Below, piece after piece: positions 22,049 through 31,381 of a stretch of 64,000 nt of DNA (positions are counted from its first letter, which is position 1; the number at the start of each line of letters is the position of its first letter). The notes beneath the pieces were generated by a model that searched no databases, was not told the DNA's origin, and saw only the letters and a program-made list of their open reading frames with translations. Source of the DNA: Candidatus Latescibacterota bacterium. GTDB lineage: Bacteria; Latescibacterota; UBA2968; UBA8231. A program made the translations under genes and the position numbers. The stretch lies in contig OZ252098.1 of NCBI GenBank assembly GCA_965248355.1, forward strand, positions 64,001 to 128,000, read 5' to 3'.

Positions 22049-22868
22049 GCGCCGCGCCCTCATCGAGCCGCACCCCGGCCCGCTGAGCGTGCATCGGCAG
22101 TGCCAACTGCTCGGGCTGGCCCGCTCCAGTTTCTACTACCGCCCGGAGGCGCCGGATCGGCTCACCCTCGACCTGATGAACGCCATCGACCGGATCTACA
22201 CCGAGCACCCGGTCTACGGCGTGCGCCGGATCTGCGCGGCCCTGAGGCGGGACGGCTACCCGGTCAATCCCAAGCGCGTGCACCGCCTGATGAAGGCCCT
22301 GGGCCTGCAGGCGATCTATCCCCGGCCGCGACCGACTACCCCCAACCCTCAGCACCGGGTCTATCCGTATCTGCTGCGAGGGGTGACCGTGAACCGGCCG
22401 GACCAGGTGTGGTGCAGCGACATCACCTATCTGCCGATGCCCTCCGGCTTCGTCTACCTGGTGGCGGTCATGGACTGGTTCAGCCGCTACGTGCTGGCCT
22501 GGCGGGTCTCCAACACCCTCGACGCGGCCTTCTGCCTGGAGGCCCTGGAGGAAGCCCTGAGCCAGGGGCGGCCGGAGATCTTCAACACCGACCAGGGGGC
22601 CCAGTTCACCAGCACCGCCTTCACCGGGCGGGTCGAGGCGGCCGGGGCCCGGGTGAGCATGGACGGCCGCGGCCGGGTGCTGGACAACATCTTCATCGAG
22701 CGGCTGTGGCGCTCCCTGAAGTACGAGGACATCTACCTGAAGGCCTACGACAGCGTCCCCGAGTTGATCGAGGGCGTGGCGGCCTACTTCCGCTTCTACA
22801 ACCTCGAGCGGCCGCACCAGGCCTTCGACTACGAGACCCCCAGCGATGTCTACCACCGGGCGGCCTGA
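22041..22868 (+). CDS. IS3 family transposase OrfB (DDE/rve)
   Basis: [34 protein letters not shown] and YNLERPHQ. Confidence 0.93.
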   Translation: MAERRALIEPHPGPLSVHRQCQLLGLARSSFYYRPEAPDRLTLDLMNAIDRIYTEHPVYGVRRICAALRRDGYPVNPKRVHRLMKALGLQAIYPRPRPTTPNPQHRVYPYLLRGVTVNRPDQVWCSDITYLPMPSGFVYLVAVMDWFSRYVLAWRVSNTLDAAFCLEALEEALSQGRPEIFNTDQGAQFTSTAFTGRVEAAGARVSMDGRGRVLDNIFIERLWRSLKYEDIYLKAYDSVPELIEGVAAYFRFYNLERPHQAFDYETPSDVYHRAA

Positions 22869-23025
22869 GCGCGGGGGCTCCTCACGGCCTCGGTGGCCCG
22901 GCCTGGGTGCAAGTCCGGGAGGCGGGGCTTCGGTCCCAGCGCCGGGGCGCAGTACGGCTCCATTACATCTCGAGACTCTCGCTTGTACAAGCCCAATTCC
23001 TGTCCAGTTGACGGGGTACACTTCC

Positions 23026-23722
23026 GTATTCACGCTTTTCGTATTCTGGATCGAGTTGCGCTGCCCTACGATAGGCCCTCAGGGCCTCCCTGAATCGACT
23101 CATACTTCGAAGCAAGTTCCCACGGTTGTACTCCAGGGCTGCGGCCCCTGACTTGTCTCCCTTCGATTCTGCCTTTTCAGAGCACTCTCCGAGCACCCTT
23201 ACACCGAGGTCTTGCACTACAGCAGGCATCTGGGAGCGACGTGCCAGGAGAGGCAACAGAAAAACCTGCGCCGAACCGGTGGATCTGTCATCCTCGAACA
23301 GGAGAGCCGCTACCTCCAATGCCGCGTGCATCTGATTTGCGTTTGCGAGACACTGCGCAGCCATCACTGCTACCTCGGGCTGAGTAGTGAGCCGAGACTG
23401 TAGAAGGAAGGGACCCATGATCTGCGCGGCCTCTACTGCGTGGCCCGTCTGGTTGATTGCCAGAGCGATGGACACAATGATGTCATGGTGAGTCGTTGGA
23501 CCAAGTTCTGCATCAGGCTGCGGCTTAGAGTGCAGGCTGAACCCGTGAGATCCGGCCACTATCACTTCAATCAGTTCAGCTGACAGGTGAATTCGATGCG
23601 GTGAGGTGGAGTCGCCATCAAAGTTGATGATATGCCTCAGATCATGGCAGGACTCCTTAAGCCTCAGCTTGACCTCGAATGGAGGGGACCCATGGAAGTC
23701 GCCATCACACTCAAGGGAAAAT
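23026..23722 (-). pseudogene. Internal fragment of the disrupted DUF4365-TPR gene
   Basis: FSLECDGDFHG...AALEYNRGNLLRSMSRFREALRAYRRAAQLDPEY (TPR); bounded by the target duplications of the flanking ISs. Confidence 0.78.
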
Positions 23723-25225
23723 GGGTGTAGCCTCGGTTTTACGCAGCCGTCTTGTCGGTCTGTTGTGTAGTCTGATGGAGGTACCAGTTCCAGAAGGCCT
23801 CCCATCGTTGGGATTGCACGTGGACTCGTAGATTGAGGATCTGCTGGCCTCCTTGGCGGGTCCAGCGCATGCCGCTGCGTTTGAGTCGATGGCCGACCAG
23901 GGTCTTGGCGGCGGCCTCCACGGGACCACTGGAGAGGATCAACCCCGAAGCGCGATAGCGCGCGTAGTCCATCTTGTCCCGGTTGTTCCGGAAGTAGCCC
24001 AGCTCGGTGGTCACCTGACGATGGCGTTGGGAGCCGGGACGAAGGTTGCGGCGGTGGTAGGCCAGGGAGCGGATCAGGCCCTGAACGGCCGGGCTCATGA
24101 CGCAGTTTGTGCCGCCAGGATCGGTACCAGCGAGCCGCTTTCGACGACCGCTTGCCGAAGAGGGGCTCGGCGGCCTTTGACAGGTGGTGGGCCGCGTGAT
24201 AGAAGTCGAGAATCCGGGTGAAGCCGTCGAACACCGGCTGCCGATCCACGCTGCGCCAGATCTGGCGCTGGCCGTCGGCCAACACCACCCGGTGGTCATA
24301 CTCCCCCCGCTGCAGGGCCCGGGCCGTCTCCTCCACCAAGCCGTGGACCAGGGTCTTCATCTTGGGCTCCGGCATGCGCGCGGCGTAGCGCACATCGACC
24401 ATCCCTACCCCGGCCTCCTTCCAGGCGGTGGGCGCGCGGTCGGGGTCGGGATCCGTCGGTCGTTCGGCGGGCCGTCCGCGTTTCGGCGCCGGCTCCCGCA
24501 GCGGCACGGTGACGCCGTCCCAACTGACCACCAGGGTGTCGCCCTCGGTCTTTAGGGGCGCCGCCTCCTGCAAGGCCAGCTCGAGTTGCTCGGCGTGGTC
24601 CTCGGCGTACTGACCGACGGTGGTCAACAGATGCTGAATGGCGGTGCGCGACGGGGACGCCGGCAACAGCTCGGCCAAGCTGGCCTCGACTTCGGCCGGG
24701 ACCAGGCGGGCGCCCAGAAAGGCCGTGAAACGCTCCAGCGCCGGCACCATGAATCGGTGGACCATGCCGCAGCGCTCATCCAAGGGCACCCGGCTGGGGC
24801 CGCCCCGATCGGGCTGATACAGCCGACGCGGCACCTGGACCTTGCCCCACAGGGTCATCCATTCCTTGTGGACCACTTGCTTGAACCGGTAGACCCGACC
24901 GTGGTGGATCACGGTGTCGTCGGCGATCTCGCACGCCTGCGCCAGCCGTTGGAAACCGATTCGACCGAGGTCGTCCAAAGCATCTCGCAACTCGCTCACC
25001 CTCTCGCGAAAGTCCTCCGGGCCGGCCTCCGGGGATTGCAGGCGATGCTCCCACTGGAGGACATTTTCCTCGAACTTTGTCAGGCGAGCGTGAAAATCCT
25101 TCGTATCTTCCATCAGGGACCCCTTTCCGGGTTTGGGCGTAAGTCCTTACACCCAAAGATACATTCGTGCCCGGACTTGGGGTCCCCCTTTTATCGACAA
25201 TCTGCGTAAAGTGAAGGCTACACCC
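23723..25225 (-). mobile_element. ISKra4-like insertion sequence (1503 bp)
   Basis: 24-bp IRs GGGTGTAGCCTCGGTTTTACGCAG / GGGTGTAGCCTTCACTTTACGCAG; perfect 8-bp duplication GGGAAAAT at 23715-22 and 25226-33. Confidence 0.9.
23739..25113 (-). pseudogene. ISKra4-like transposase, frameshifted near 24090
   Basis: SWDG, LADG and ILDFYHAAHHL lie in one frame; SGPVEAAAKTLVGHRLKRSGMRW lies in another. Confidence 0.8.
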
Positions 25226-25560
25226 GGGAAAATGAGATCGGACCCGGTATCCTTGGTGATCGAATGTCCCGAAAAGCTCTGACATCGCGTTCCATAGACG
25301 TCGGTGTCGCCTCATCCGGGCAAGTCCCATTTTCAGTTGAAACGTAGCCCAGGCTCGAGTGGATGAGTCAGCCCGTCATCGCGAGCTGTTTGAGGCCGAG
25401 TTCGGCTTGGAGCGCTTGTCGGAGCATCGGCAGGTGGTGGTAACCGTTGATCCGGCGCAGGCGAGGTTCGATGTCGAGCAACGCCGTGGCGACCCAGCGG
25501 TGACGCTGCGACGAGTTCGTCCAGCGCCGCACGTTGTGCGTCAACTGCTCCAGGAGACTG

Positions 25561-26414
25561 GAACCTATCTCAAAATTGAAATTGCTTAAGTAAAATCAGG
25601 ATGGAGGCAAGTTGGACGAAGCCAAGAAAATTCTCCGGATACAATTCCCAGCGAGTGATCACTCGACGCTGCCATTGAAGCCAAGCGAAGAATCTCTCCA
25701 CCATCCAACGCCGCACATAGCGACGCAATCGGCGTCCGTCCTGAGTCTTTTTCTTGGTTCGGTTCTGGCGATGGGGAGCGATCATCTCGACCCCTTCTTT
25801 CTTCAGCTCCTCATCTAACGGGTCGCTGTCGTAGGCTTTGTCTCCAATCAAGTTCTTGGGTTTGTCTTCGATCAGGTAGAAGTCAAACGTCAACTGAACC
25901 AGCGTCACTTCATGATGGTTCGCTGCATGCGTGCTCACCGACAAGGGAAGCCCATGGCGGTCCACGATCCCCATGACTCGTACGCCCTTGCCTCGCTTGG
26001 TGTGGCCGATATCGGCACCTCCACCCTTGGCCGCCGAGAACATGCCATCAATGAAAGCTTCCGATTCGTCCAAGTCCCCTTGCTCGTGAAGAGTCTGGGC
26101 CAGGTCCACGAGAACTTCGCGTAACACCCCTTGACGACACCAATTTTGAAAACGGCGATGCACGGTTTTGTAGTTCGGATAGCACTGCGGCAACATATGC
26201 CATTGAGCCCCGGTATTGAGAATCCAAAGCACAGCTTCAAGAACGTCACGGGTGGCAATCGGTTTACGACCCGGATGGCTCCCGGGGCGATGCTCCTCAG
26301 GAAAGTGATGACGGATCCGTTCCCATTGCTGGTCGGTCAGAGTAACCATACAGTAATGGTACATCATCAGCAATCAGAACTCAAGGTTATGTGTAGTGAT
26401 TTTGAGATAGGTTC
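25561..26414 (-). mobile_element. IS5 family insertion sequence (IS427-like, 854 bp)
   Basis: Perfect 16-bp IR GAACCTATCTCAAAAT; 2-bp duplication TG at 25559-60 and 26415-16. Confidence 0.9.
25570..26349 (-). CDS. IS5 family transposase (intact single ORF)
   Basis: LTDQQWERI, TGAQWHMLP, TVHRRFQNW, FIDG, GDKAYDS and RWMVERFFAWL. Confidence 0.92.
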   Translation of the reverse strand: MVTLTDQQWERIRHHFPEEHRPGSHPGRKPIATRDVLEAVLWILNTGAQWHMLPQCYPNYKTVHRRFQNWCRQGVLREVLVDLAQTLHEQGDLDESEAFIDGMFSAAKGGGADIGHTKRGKGVRVMGIVDRHGLPLSVSTHAANHHEVTLVQLTFDFYLIEDKPKNLIGDKAYDSDPLDEELKKEGVEMIAPHRQNRTKKKTQDGRRLRRYVRRWMVERFFAWLQWQRRVITRWELYPENFLGFVQLASILILLKQFQF

Positions 26415-27600
26415 TGTTGACGTTCTCGATACAGTTGGTGGTACGGAAGGAGGCCTTCAGCATCGGCATCAGGCCCAGGCGGTGGAGCGTGAGGGTTTCT
26501 TGCTGGCCTTCCTCCAAGCTGCGCAGGGCCGACTGGTTCATCAACTGCAACCCCGGTTTCAGCGCCTCCAGGGCGGCTTGGGCCTCCTCGTACGTCGAGT
26601 GCCCATACGCCGCTTCCAGCTTTCGACGAACGCCGCCCTGCTCGCTCTTGGGCAGGTACGAGACCACGTTCTGGCGCTTGTGATACTGGCATCGCTGCAC
26701 GCAGGCATGGCCCTGGAGCACCGACCGCACTGCCTTGTACAGGCCCTTGCCTCCATCGATCACCACGAGCAGCCCGGCCTCGTATTGCAGGCCCCGCTCG
26801 ACCAGCTCCGCCAGGAAGCGACGACAGACGCGCTCGTTCTCGGTCGCCGCCTGCACGAAACCCAGAGGGATCTTGTGTCCTTCCACAGTGACGCCCAGGG
26901 CGATGAGGATTTCCTCGTCGGCAAAGCTCTTGCCGTCCAGAAACAGCGCCACCAGGTCGTAGCCTTCCAGGGATCGCTGCTGGAATTCGGCCAGCTTGCG
27001 CGCCGTGCCTTTCACATACCGGCGAGAGACCGAGGAACGGGACAGACCGAAGGCTTGCGGGACGGTCTCGGCGCAGGCCTCGTAGTTGCGCGTGGCCAGG
27101 CCCTTCAGCACCCGCAACAACAGCCCCTGATCCATCTGCCTCGGCGTCTGCAGGGCCTGGTAGGCCTCCAGCGGGACCTCGGTGCCGCGGACCACATCGC
27201 GCACGCGCGGCACCTCGACCGGCAGTTTCTGATCGCCCAGGTACACCGACCCGGCCTGCGCCCCCCAGCGGCGCAACGGCTGATCCGGCCCCTTGCGCTG
27301 ATACCGAGGTCCGGCCAGGGCCTCCACGCCCCGTCGCAGCTCCTCCCCAACCGCCTGCAGCCCCAGGGGGATCAGCAGCTGGATGATCTCGATGCGAGTC
27401 TCCAGATCGTCCATCGACGCGGTGGCTTGGCGGTTCACGGGGCCGATGGTCACGGTCCGTTTGACGCCCCTTTTCCGTGCTTGTAGCTTGCTCATGGCAG
27501 GCTCCTTGGGTTACCGAATACGAGGCTTCTTGGCGATTTCTCGTATCAAACGTAACGATGGGAGCCTGTGTTATTTCAACTAAGATCGGGACAATGCCCC

Positions 27601-28002
27601 TCATTCCCAGAGGTCTTCTTCGCGAAAGTGCAGAGATGCGCCGGACCTCCCCCTCTTCTCATAGTACGGGTCCCACGAGTGGAACCACCGAGCGTACAGT
27701 TTTTCGGTAAGCGCGTGGAATCGGACAAGTAGTACGGGCTGCCCAAGAGACTCATAGTACCTCAGCTTCGCGAGGGGAAGCCACAGCTTGAGTGCCTTGC
27801 CAAGATCTGGCTCGTCCGTTGCCTTCAACTGGACAAGAAATTTCTCGCCAGTTGCGAGACCTTTCTCATCGAAGATCTCGACCTCAGCGTCGATCCCATA
27901 GTCCTCCGTTAGATCCCGGTAAGCCCATCTAGATGGAACGGCAGCTCGAATGGCTGCGCGAGACTCTGCTTCTAGCTGATGCTGACGAGGGCGCTTTGGC
28001 AT
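27601..28002 (-). pseudogene. N-terminal DUF4365 fragment of the disrupted gene
   Basis: MPKRPRQHQLEAES...DYGIDAEVEIFD...TGEKFLVQLKAT, a D...D...QxK nuclease-like motif. Confidence 0.85.
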
Positions 28003-28076
28003 CAGACTCCGTTACACTGCCTCCGCAGGTCGCTGTCGCTCAGAACAGGCACGGAAACATCCTCCCGAAAAGGTGC

Positions 28077-28874
28077 TCAACAAACCCGCAGCCCCGGCGC
28101 ATCCCCCTTGGCGCGCCCGATGCTGGCCAGCGTCGACGTGAGGGTCATGACGCCGCTGACGCCCTTCATGGGATTCTCGCGGCGGATGGAGATCTCCACG
28201 CCGCCGCCCCGGGCCTCCACCTCGATGATGGAGACATCGAGGGCGGGATCGGCGATCAGCACCGAGCGCGTGCGGTCGAAGCCGATGCCGGCCAGGGCCA
28301 GGGCGGCGTGGGAGTTCACGTTGCGGGGGTAGAGGGGGCAGATCTCCCGGGCGGTGCCGTCGAAGAGAATGGTCTCGCCGGTGATCGCGGTCGGGTCGAT
28401 GCCGGGGGCGTCGGAGAAGTCGAGGCTGCGCACCGGCTTCTTCATGACCATGCCCACCTCCTCCCAGGTCTCGCGGCCCTCCTCGATGGCGTCGAGGCCG
28501 ACCACGGCGCCGTGGGGGACGAAGAGGCGGGTGCCCGCCGCGTGCGCCGTCTCGAGGAGGCCGGTCTCCAGCTCGGCGTCGGCGAAGGCGGCCAGAGAGA
28601 GGGGCATGTAGTCGGTGGTCTCGAGGAAGGCCCGCCCGTGGTCGCGGGTGATGTCGGGGTGGGCGACCTCGACGACGAGGTCGGCGCCACGTCCGGCGAA
28701 GGCGCCCAAGTCCTCGAGGATGTGCTCGGCCGGCAGTCCGGCGACCCGGCCGGGGCTGCGGTTGTGGACGAAGGCGATGTCGAGGCCCAGCTCCGGGCGC
28801 GTGGTGATCTGCTCGTACACGTAGGCGCCGATGTAGCCGAAGCCGATGAGGCCGATGCGGGGGCGGTCGCTCAC
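28077..28874 (-). CDS. L-aspartate dehydrogenase-like protein (NadX/DUF108 family)
   Basis: GLIGFGYIG, VPHGAVVGLD and FDGTAREICPLYPRNVN; GTG start overlaps the upstream stop. Confidence 0.8.
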   Translation of the reverse strand: MSDRPRIGLIGFGYIGAYVYEQITTRPELGLDIAFVHNRSPGRVAGLPAEHILEDLGAFAGRGADLVVEVAHPDITRDHGRAFLETTDYMPLSLAAFADAELETGLLETAHAAGTRLFVPHGAVVGLDAIEEGRETWEEVGMVMKKPVRSLDFSDAPGIDPTAITGETILFDGTAREICPLYPRNVNSHAALALAGIGFDRTRSVLIADPALDVSIIEVEARGGGVEISIRRENPMKGVSGVMTLTSTLASIGRAKGDAPGLRVC

Positions 28875-30226
28875 GGGGGATCTCCTTTGCGAAGGCGGTG
28901 CTGCAGGGGGTCGCCGAGGCGCCCGGCCAGCGCCTCGGGGGACAGGCGGGTGGTCCGGGCGACCCAGTCGACCTCGTCGGAGAGGGGGGAGTCGAAGATG
29001 CCGGGGTCGTCGGCGCCGATGACGAGGTCCACGCCGGAGTCGAGGAAGCGGTGCACGGGGTGCAGCTCCGGGCGGGGGATGCTGCCGAGGCGCAGGTTGG
29101 AGCTGGGGCAGGACTCGACGACCACGTCCAGGCGGGTCAGCTCGCCGAGGACGAACTCCTGGCGCCGGCGCACCTGCTCGAGGCGGTGGTCGTCGTAGGG
29201 CCGCCGGCGGAGGGCCGAGGGGTCGCGCCCGCGCAGGCTCTCGCGCTCCGCCTCCAGGGCCGCCGGAGCCACCTCCACGCCGGCGTCCTCCAGGCCCCGG
29301 CGGTGGCGCAGGTCGTAGGCGATCTGGTCGAGCCGCTCGGCCACCGACTCCCGCAGGTGGGAGCCGCCCCGCCGCTGCATGGAGGCCTCCGGGTCCAGGC
29401 CCAGGGCGATGCAGTGGCCCAGGCGCTGCGACCCGAGCTCGGCGGCCTCGTGACACCAGCGCACGGCGCTCTCCAGGGACTTGTCGAAGTAGATCTCGCC
29501 CACGTGGTAGAGGACCTCGAGAGCGTCCTGCGGCTCGGCGTCGTTGTCGGCCCGGAGTCGCCGGAAGAGGCCGCGCACGCCCTTGGGGGGGAAGCCCTCT
29601 TCCACGTGGCAGAAGTCGACGCCGGCCACGACCTCGGCCAGTTCCGGCTGGTCGGCCAGGAGCCGCCGCAGCAGACCGTACGCCGGCAGCGGCGAGGAGC
29701 GCGGCAGGGAGGGCACATACCGCGGCTCGAAGCCGCCGCCGCGCATCTGGCGCGTGACCTCGGCGTTGGTCCGGTGGAACTCGACGAAGCCCGGCAGGTC
29801 GCCCGTGCGGCCGAAGTGGGCCCGCATCTCCACGTAGCGCACGCCGCGGCCCCGGTGGTGGTCCAGGGCGCGGCGCATGACCTCCCGGCCGCCGCAGGGA
29901 ACATTCCTCATGTAGTGGCGGCCGATGCAGATCAGCAGGTTGAACTTGGCGCTGAACCGGGCGAAGTCGGGCCCGTCCTCCTCGGTGAAGACGAAGTGCC
30001 GGCGCAGCTCCTCCACGGCGGCGGTGTCACCACCGGCGGCGCGGCGGAACATGGCCTCAGGGTCGGGGCGCCGGCCGTAGGCGGCCTCGAAAGCCTCCAC
30101 GTAGGAGCTCCAGTCGATGAGGCCGGCGCGGCCTCCGACCATCTCGATCAGGTCCTCCACCGAGAGGCAGCCGCCGGCGTGGACGTGCAGCTCGCAGCGC
30201 TTCAGAGGGGCCAGGGGGTCGGCCAT
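28871..30226 (-). CDS. Adenosine/AMP deaminase-like metal-dependent hydrolase
   Basis: ELHVH, YVEMR, HVGE, RLGHC, ESCPSSN and GADDP. Confidence 0.82.
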   Translation of the reverse strand: MADPLAPLKRCELHVHAGGCLSVEDLIEMVGGRAGLIDWSSYVEAFEAAYGRRPDPEAMFRRAAGGDTAAVEELRRHFVFTEEDGPDFARFSAKFNLLICIGRHYMRNVPCGGREVMRRALDHHRGRGVRYVEMRAHFGRTGDLPGFVEFHRTNAEVTRQMRGGGFEPRYVPSLPRSSPLPAYGLLRRLLADQPELAEVVAGVDFCHVEEGFPPKGVRGLFRRLRADNDAEPQDALEVLYHVGEIYFDKSLESAVRWCHEAAELGSQRLGHCIALGLDPEASMQRRGGSHLRESVAERLDQIAYDLRHRRGLEDAGVEVAPAALEAERESLRGRDPSALRRRPYDDHRLEQVRRRQEFVLGELTRLDVVVESCPSSNLRLGSIPRPELHPVHRFLDSGVDLVIGADDPGIFDSPLSDEVDWVARTTRLSPEALAGRLGDPLQHRLRKGDPP

Positions 30227-30301
30227 GGGCGGGAAGATAGGCCGCCGCCGGAACCGGGTCAGGCTGGAGCCGCGGCGCCGCGGGGGATACCTTCAGGCTC
30301 C

Positions 30302-31312
30302 ATGGAATACCGCCGCATGGGCCGCGCCGGCCTCAAGGTCTCCGAGATCTGCCTGGGCACCATGACCTTCGGCCACGGCGCCGACGAGGAGGAGTCGCGC
30401 CGCATCGTGGACCTGGCCGTCGACCGGGGCGTGAACTTCTTCGACACGGCCAACACCTACGCCGGCAGCCTCTCGGAGGAGTACCTCGGCCGCGCCCTGG
30501 AGGGACGGCGCCGCGACCACGTGATCGCCACCAAGTTCTTCAACCCCATGGGACCCGGCCCCAACGACTCGGGCATGTCCCGGGTGCACGTCATGAACGC
30601 CGTGGAGGACAGCCTCCGGCGGCTGCGCACCGACTACGTCGACCTCTGTTACATCCACCACGTGGACGTGCAGACGCCGATGGAGGAGATGCTGCGGGCC
30701 CTGGACGACCTCGTCCGCCAGGGCAAGGTGCGCTACCCCGCGTGCAGCAACTACCCGGCCTGGCGGCTCATGGAGTGTCTGTGGATCAGCGACCACAACG
30801 GCTGGTCCCGCTTCGAGTGCTACCAGCCCCAGTACAGTTTGGTGGTCCGCGACATCGAGCAGGAGCTGATCCCCCTGTGCCTGCACAAGGGGCTCGGCGT
30901 CGTCGTGTGGTCGCCCCTGGGGGGTGGCTTCCTCACCGGCAAGTACCGCCCCGGGGAGCGGGTTGCCTCCGGTACGCGATCGGAGGAGGACTGGGCCTAC
31001 CCGGCCAGCTACTTCGCCGCCAGCGCCGACCGCACGCTGGAGACGCTGCTGGCCGTGGCCGCGGAGCTGGAGCGCACGCCGGCGCAGGTGGCCGTGCGCT
31101 GGGTGCTGGAGCAGCCCGCGATCACCTCGGCGATCTGCGGCGCCCGCAGCGCCGCGCAGCTGGGTGACACCCTGGTCGCTGGCGGATGGCGCCTGCCGGA
31201 GGAGTCCAGGGCCCGGCTGGAAGAGGTGTCGAGGCTGCCGCACCGCTACCCGGAGGCGATGCAGTCGGGGATGCGCGAGCGCCGCGACCAGGCCGTGCGC
31301 ATGCCGGGGTGA
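30302..31312 (+). CDS. Aldo/keto reductase
   Basis: LGTMTFG, FDTANTY, SLRRLRTDYVDL, QPQYSL and WSPLGGGFLTGKY. Confidence 0.95.
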   Translation: MEYRRMGRAGLKVSEICLGTMTFGHGADEEESRRIVDLAVDRGVNFFDTANTYAGSLSEEYLGRALEGRRRDHVIATKFFNPMGPGPNDSGMSRVHVMNAVEDSLRRLRTDYVDLCYIHHVDVQTPMEEMLRALDDLVRQGKVRYPACSNYPAWRLMECLWISDHNGWSRFECYQPQYSLVVRDIEQELIPLCLHKGLGVVVWSPLGGGFLTGKYRPGERVASGTRSEEDWAYPASYFAASADRTLETLLAVAAELERTPAQVAVRWVLEQPAITSAICGARSAAQLGDTLVAGGWRLPEESRARLEEVSRLPHRYPEAMQSGMRERRDQAVRMPG

Positions 31313-31381
31313 GGCTCAGGAGCCGGGCGCTCCGAGCAGGAGCACGACCCCCGAGCCGTTGTCGTCGGCGACCGCCGCTGG

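Larger units (their letters stand above)
21678..23025 (+). mobile_element. IS3 family insertion sequence (1348 bp)
   Basis: Terminal IRs GGTAGTGTACCCC..CTGGACAGG / GGAAGTGTACCCC..CTGGACAGG; 3-bp duplication GTA at 21675-77 and 23026-28. Confidence 0.92.
25368..27495 (-). pseudogene. IS256 family transposase split by IS5
   Basis: LFLDG, VIDGGKGL, QRCQYHK and RTTNCIENVN; the frame resumes after the IS5 as SLLEQLTHNVRRW... and runs to TGA at 25370-68. Confidence 0.88.
25318..27599 (-). mobile_element. IS256 family insertion sequence containing a nested IS5
   Basis: IRs GGGCAAGTCCCATTTTCAGTTGAAA / GGGCATTGTCCCGATCTTAGTTGAAA; near-perfect flanking repeat CTCATCC / CTCATTCC. Confidence 0.87.
20937..28002 (-). 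pseudogene. DUF4365 (PD-(D/E)xK-like) + TPR protein gene interrupted by four IS elements
   Basis: Segments 28002-27600, 25310-25226, 23714-23026 and 21674-20937 rejoin in frame once the ISs and one copy of each target duplication are removed (1-nt discrepancy at the IS256 junction). The product is ~637 aa. Confidence 0.85.

Noticed and set aside
22963-25113. 716-aa ORF that looks like a transposase-TPR fusion
   Set aside because: It arises because the frameshifted ISKra4-like transposase reads through its IR into the interrupted host gene. The IRs and 8-bp duplication define the real boundary.
20851-28076. Integrative element or prophage carrying the DUF4365 gene
   Set aside because: No integrase, tRNA or flanking att-like direct repeats were found; only the four ISs are mobile.
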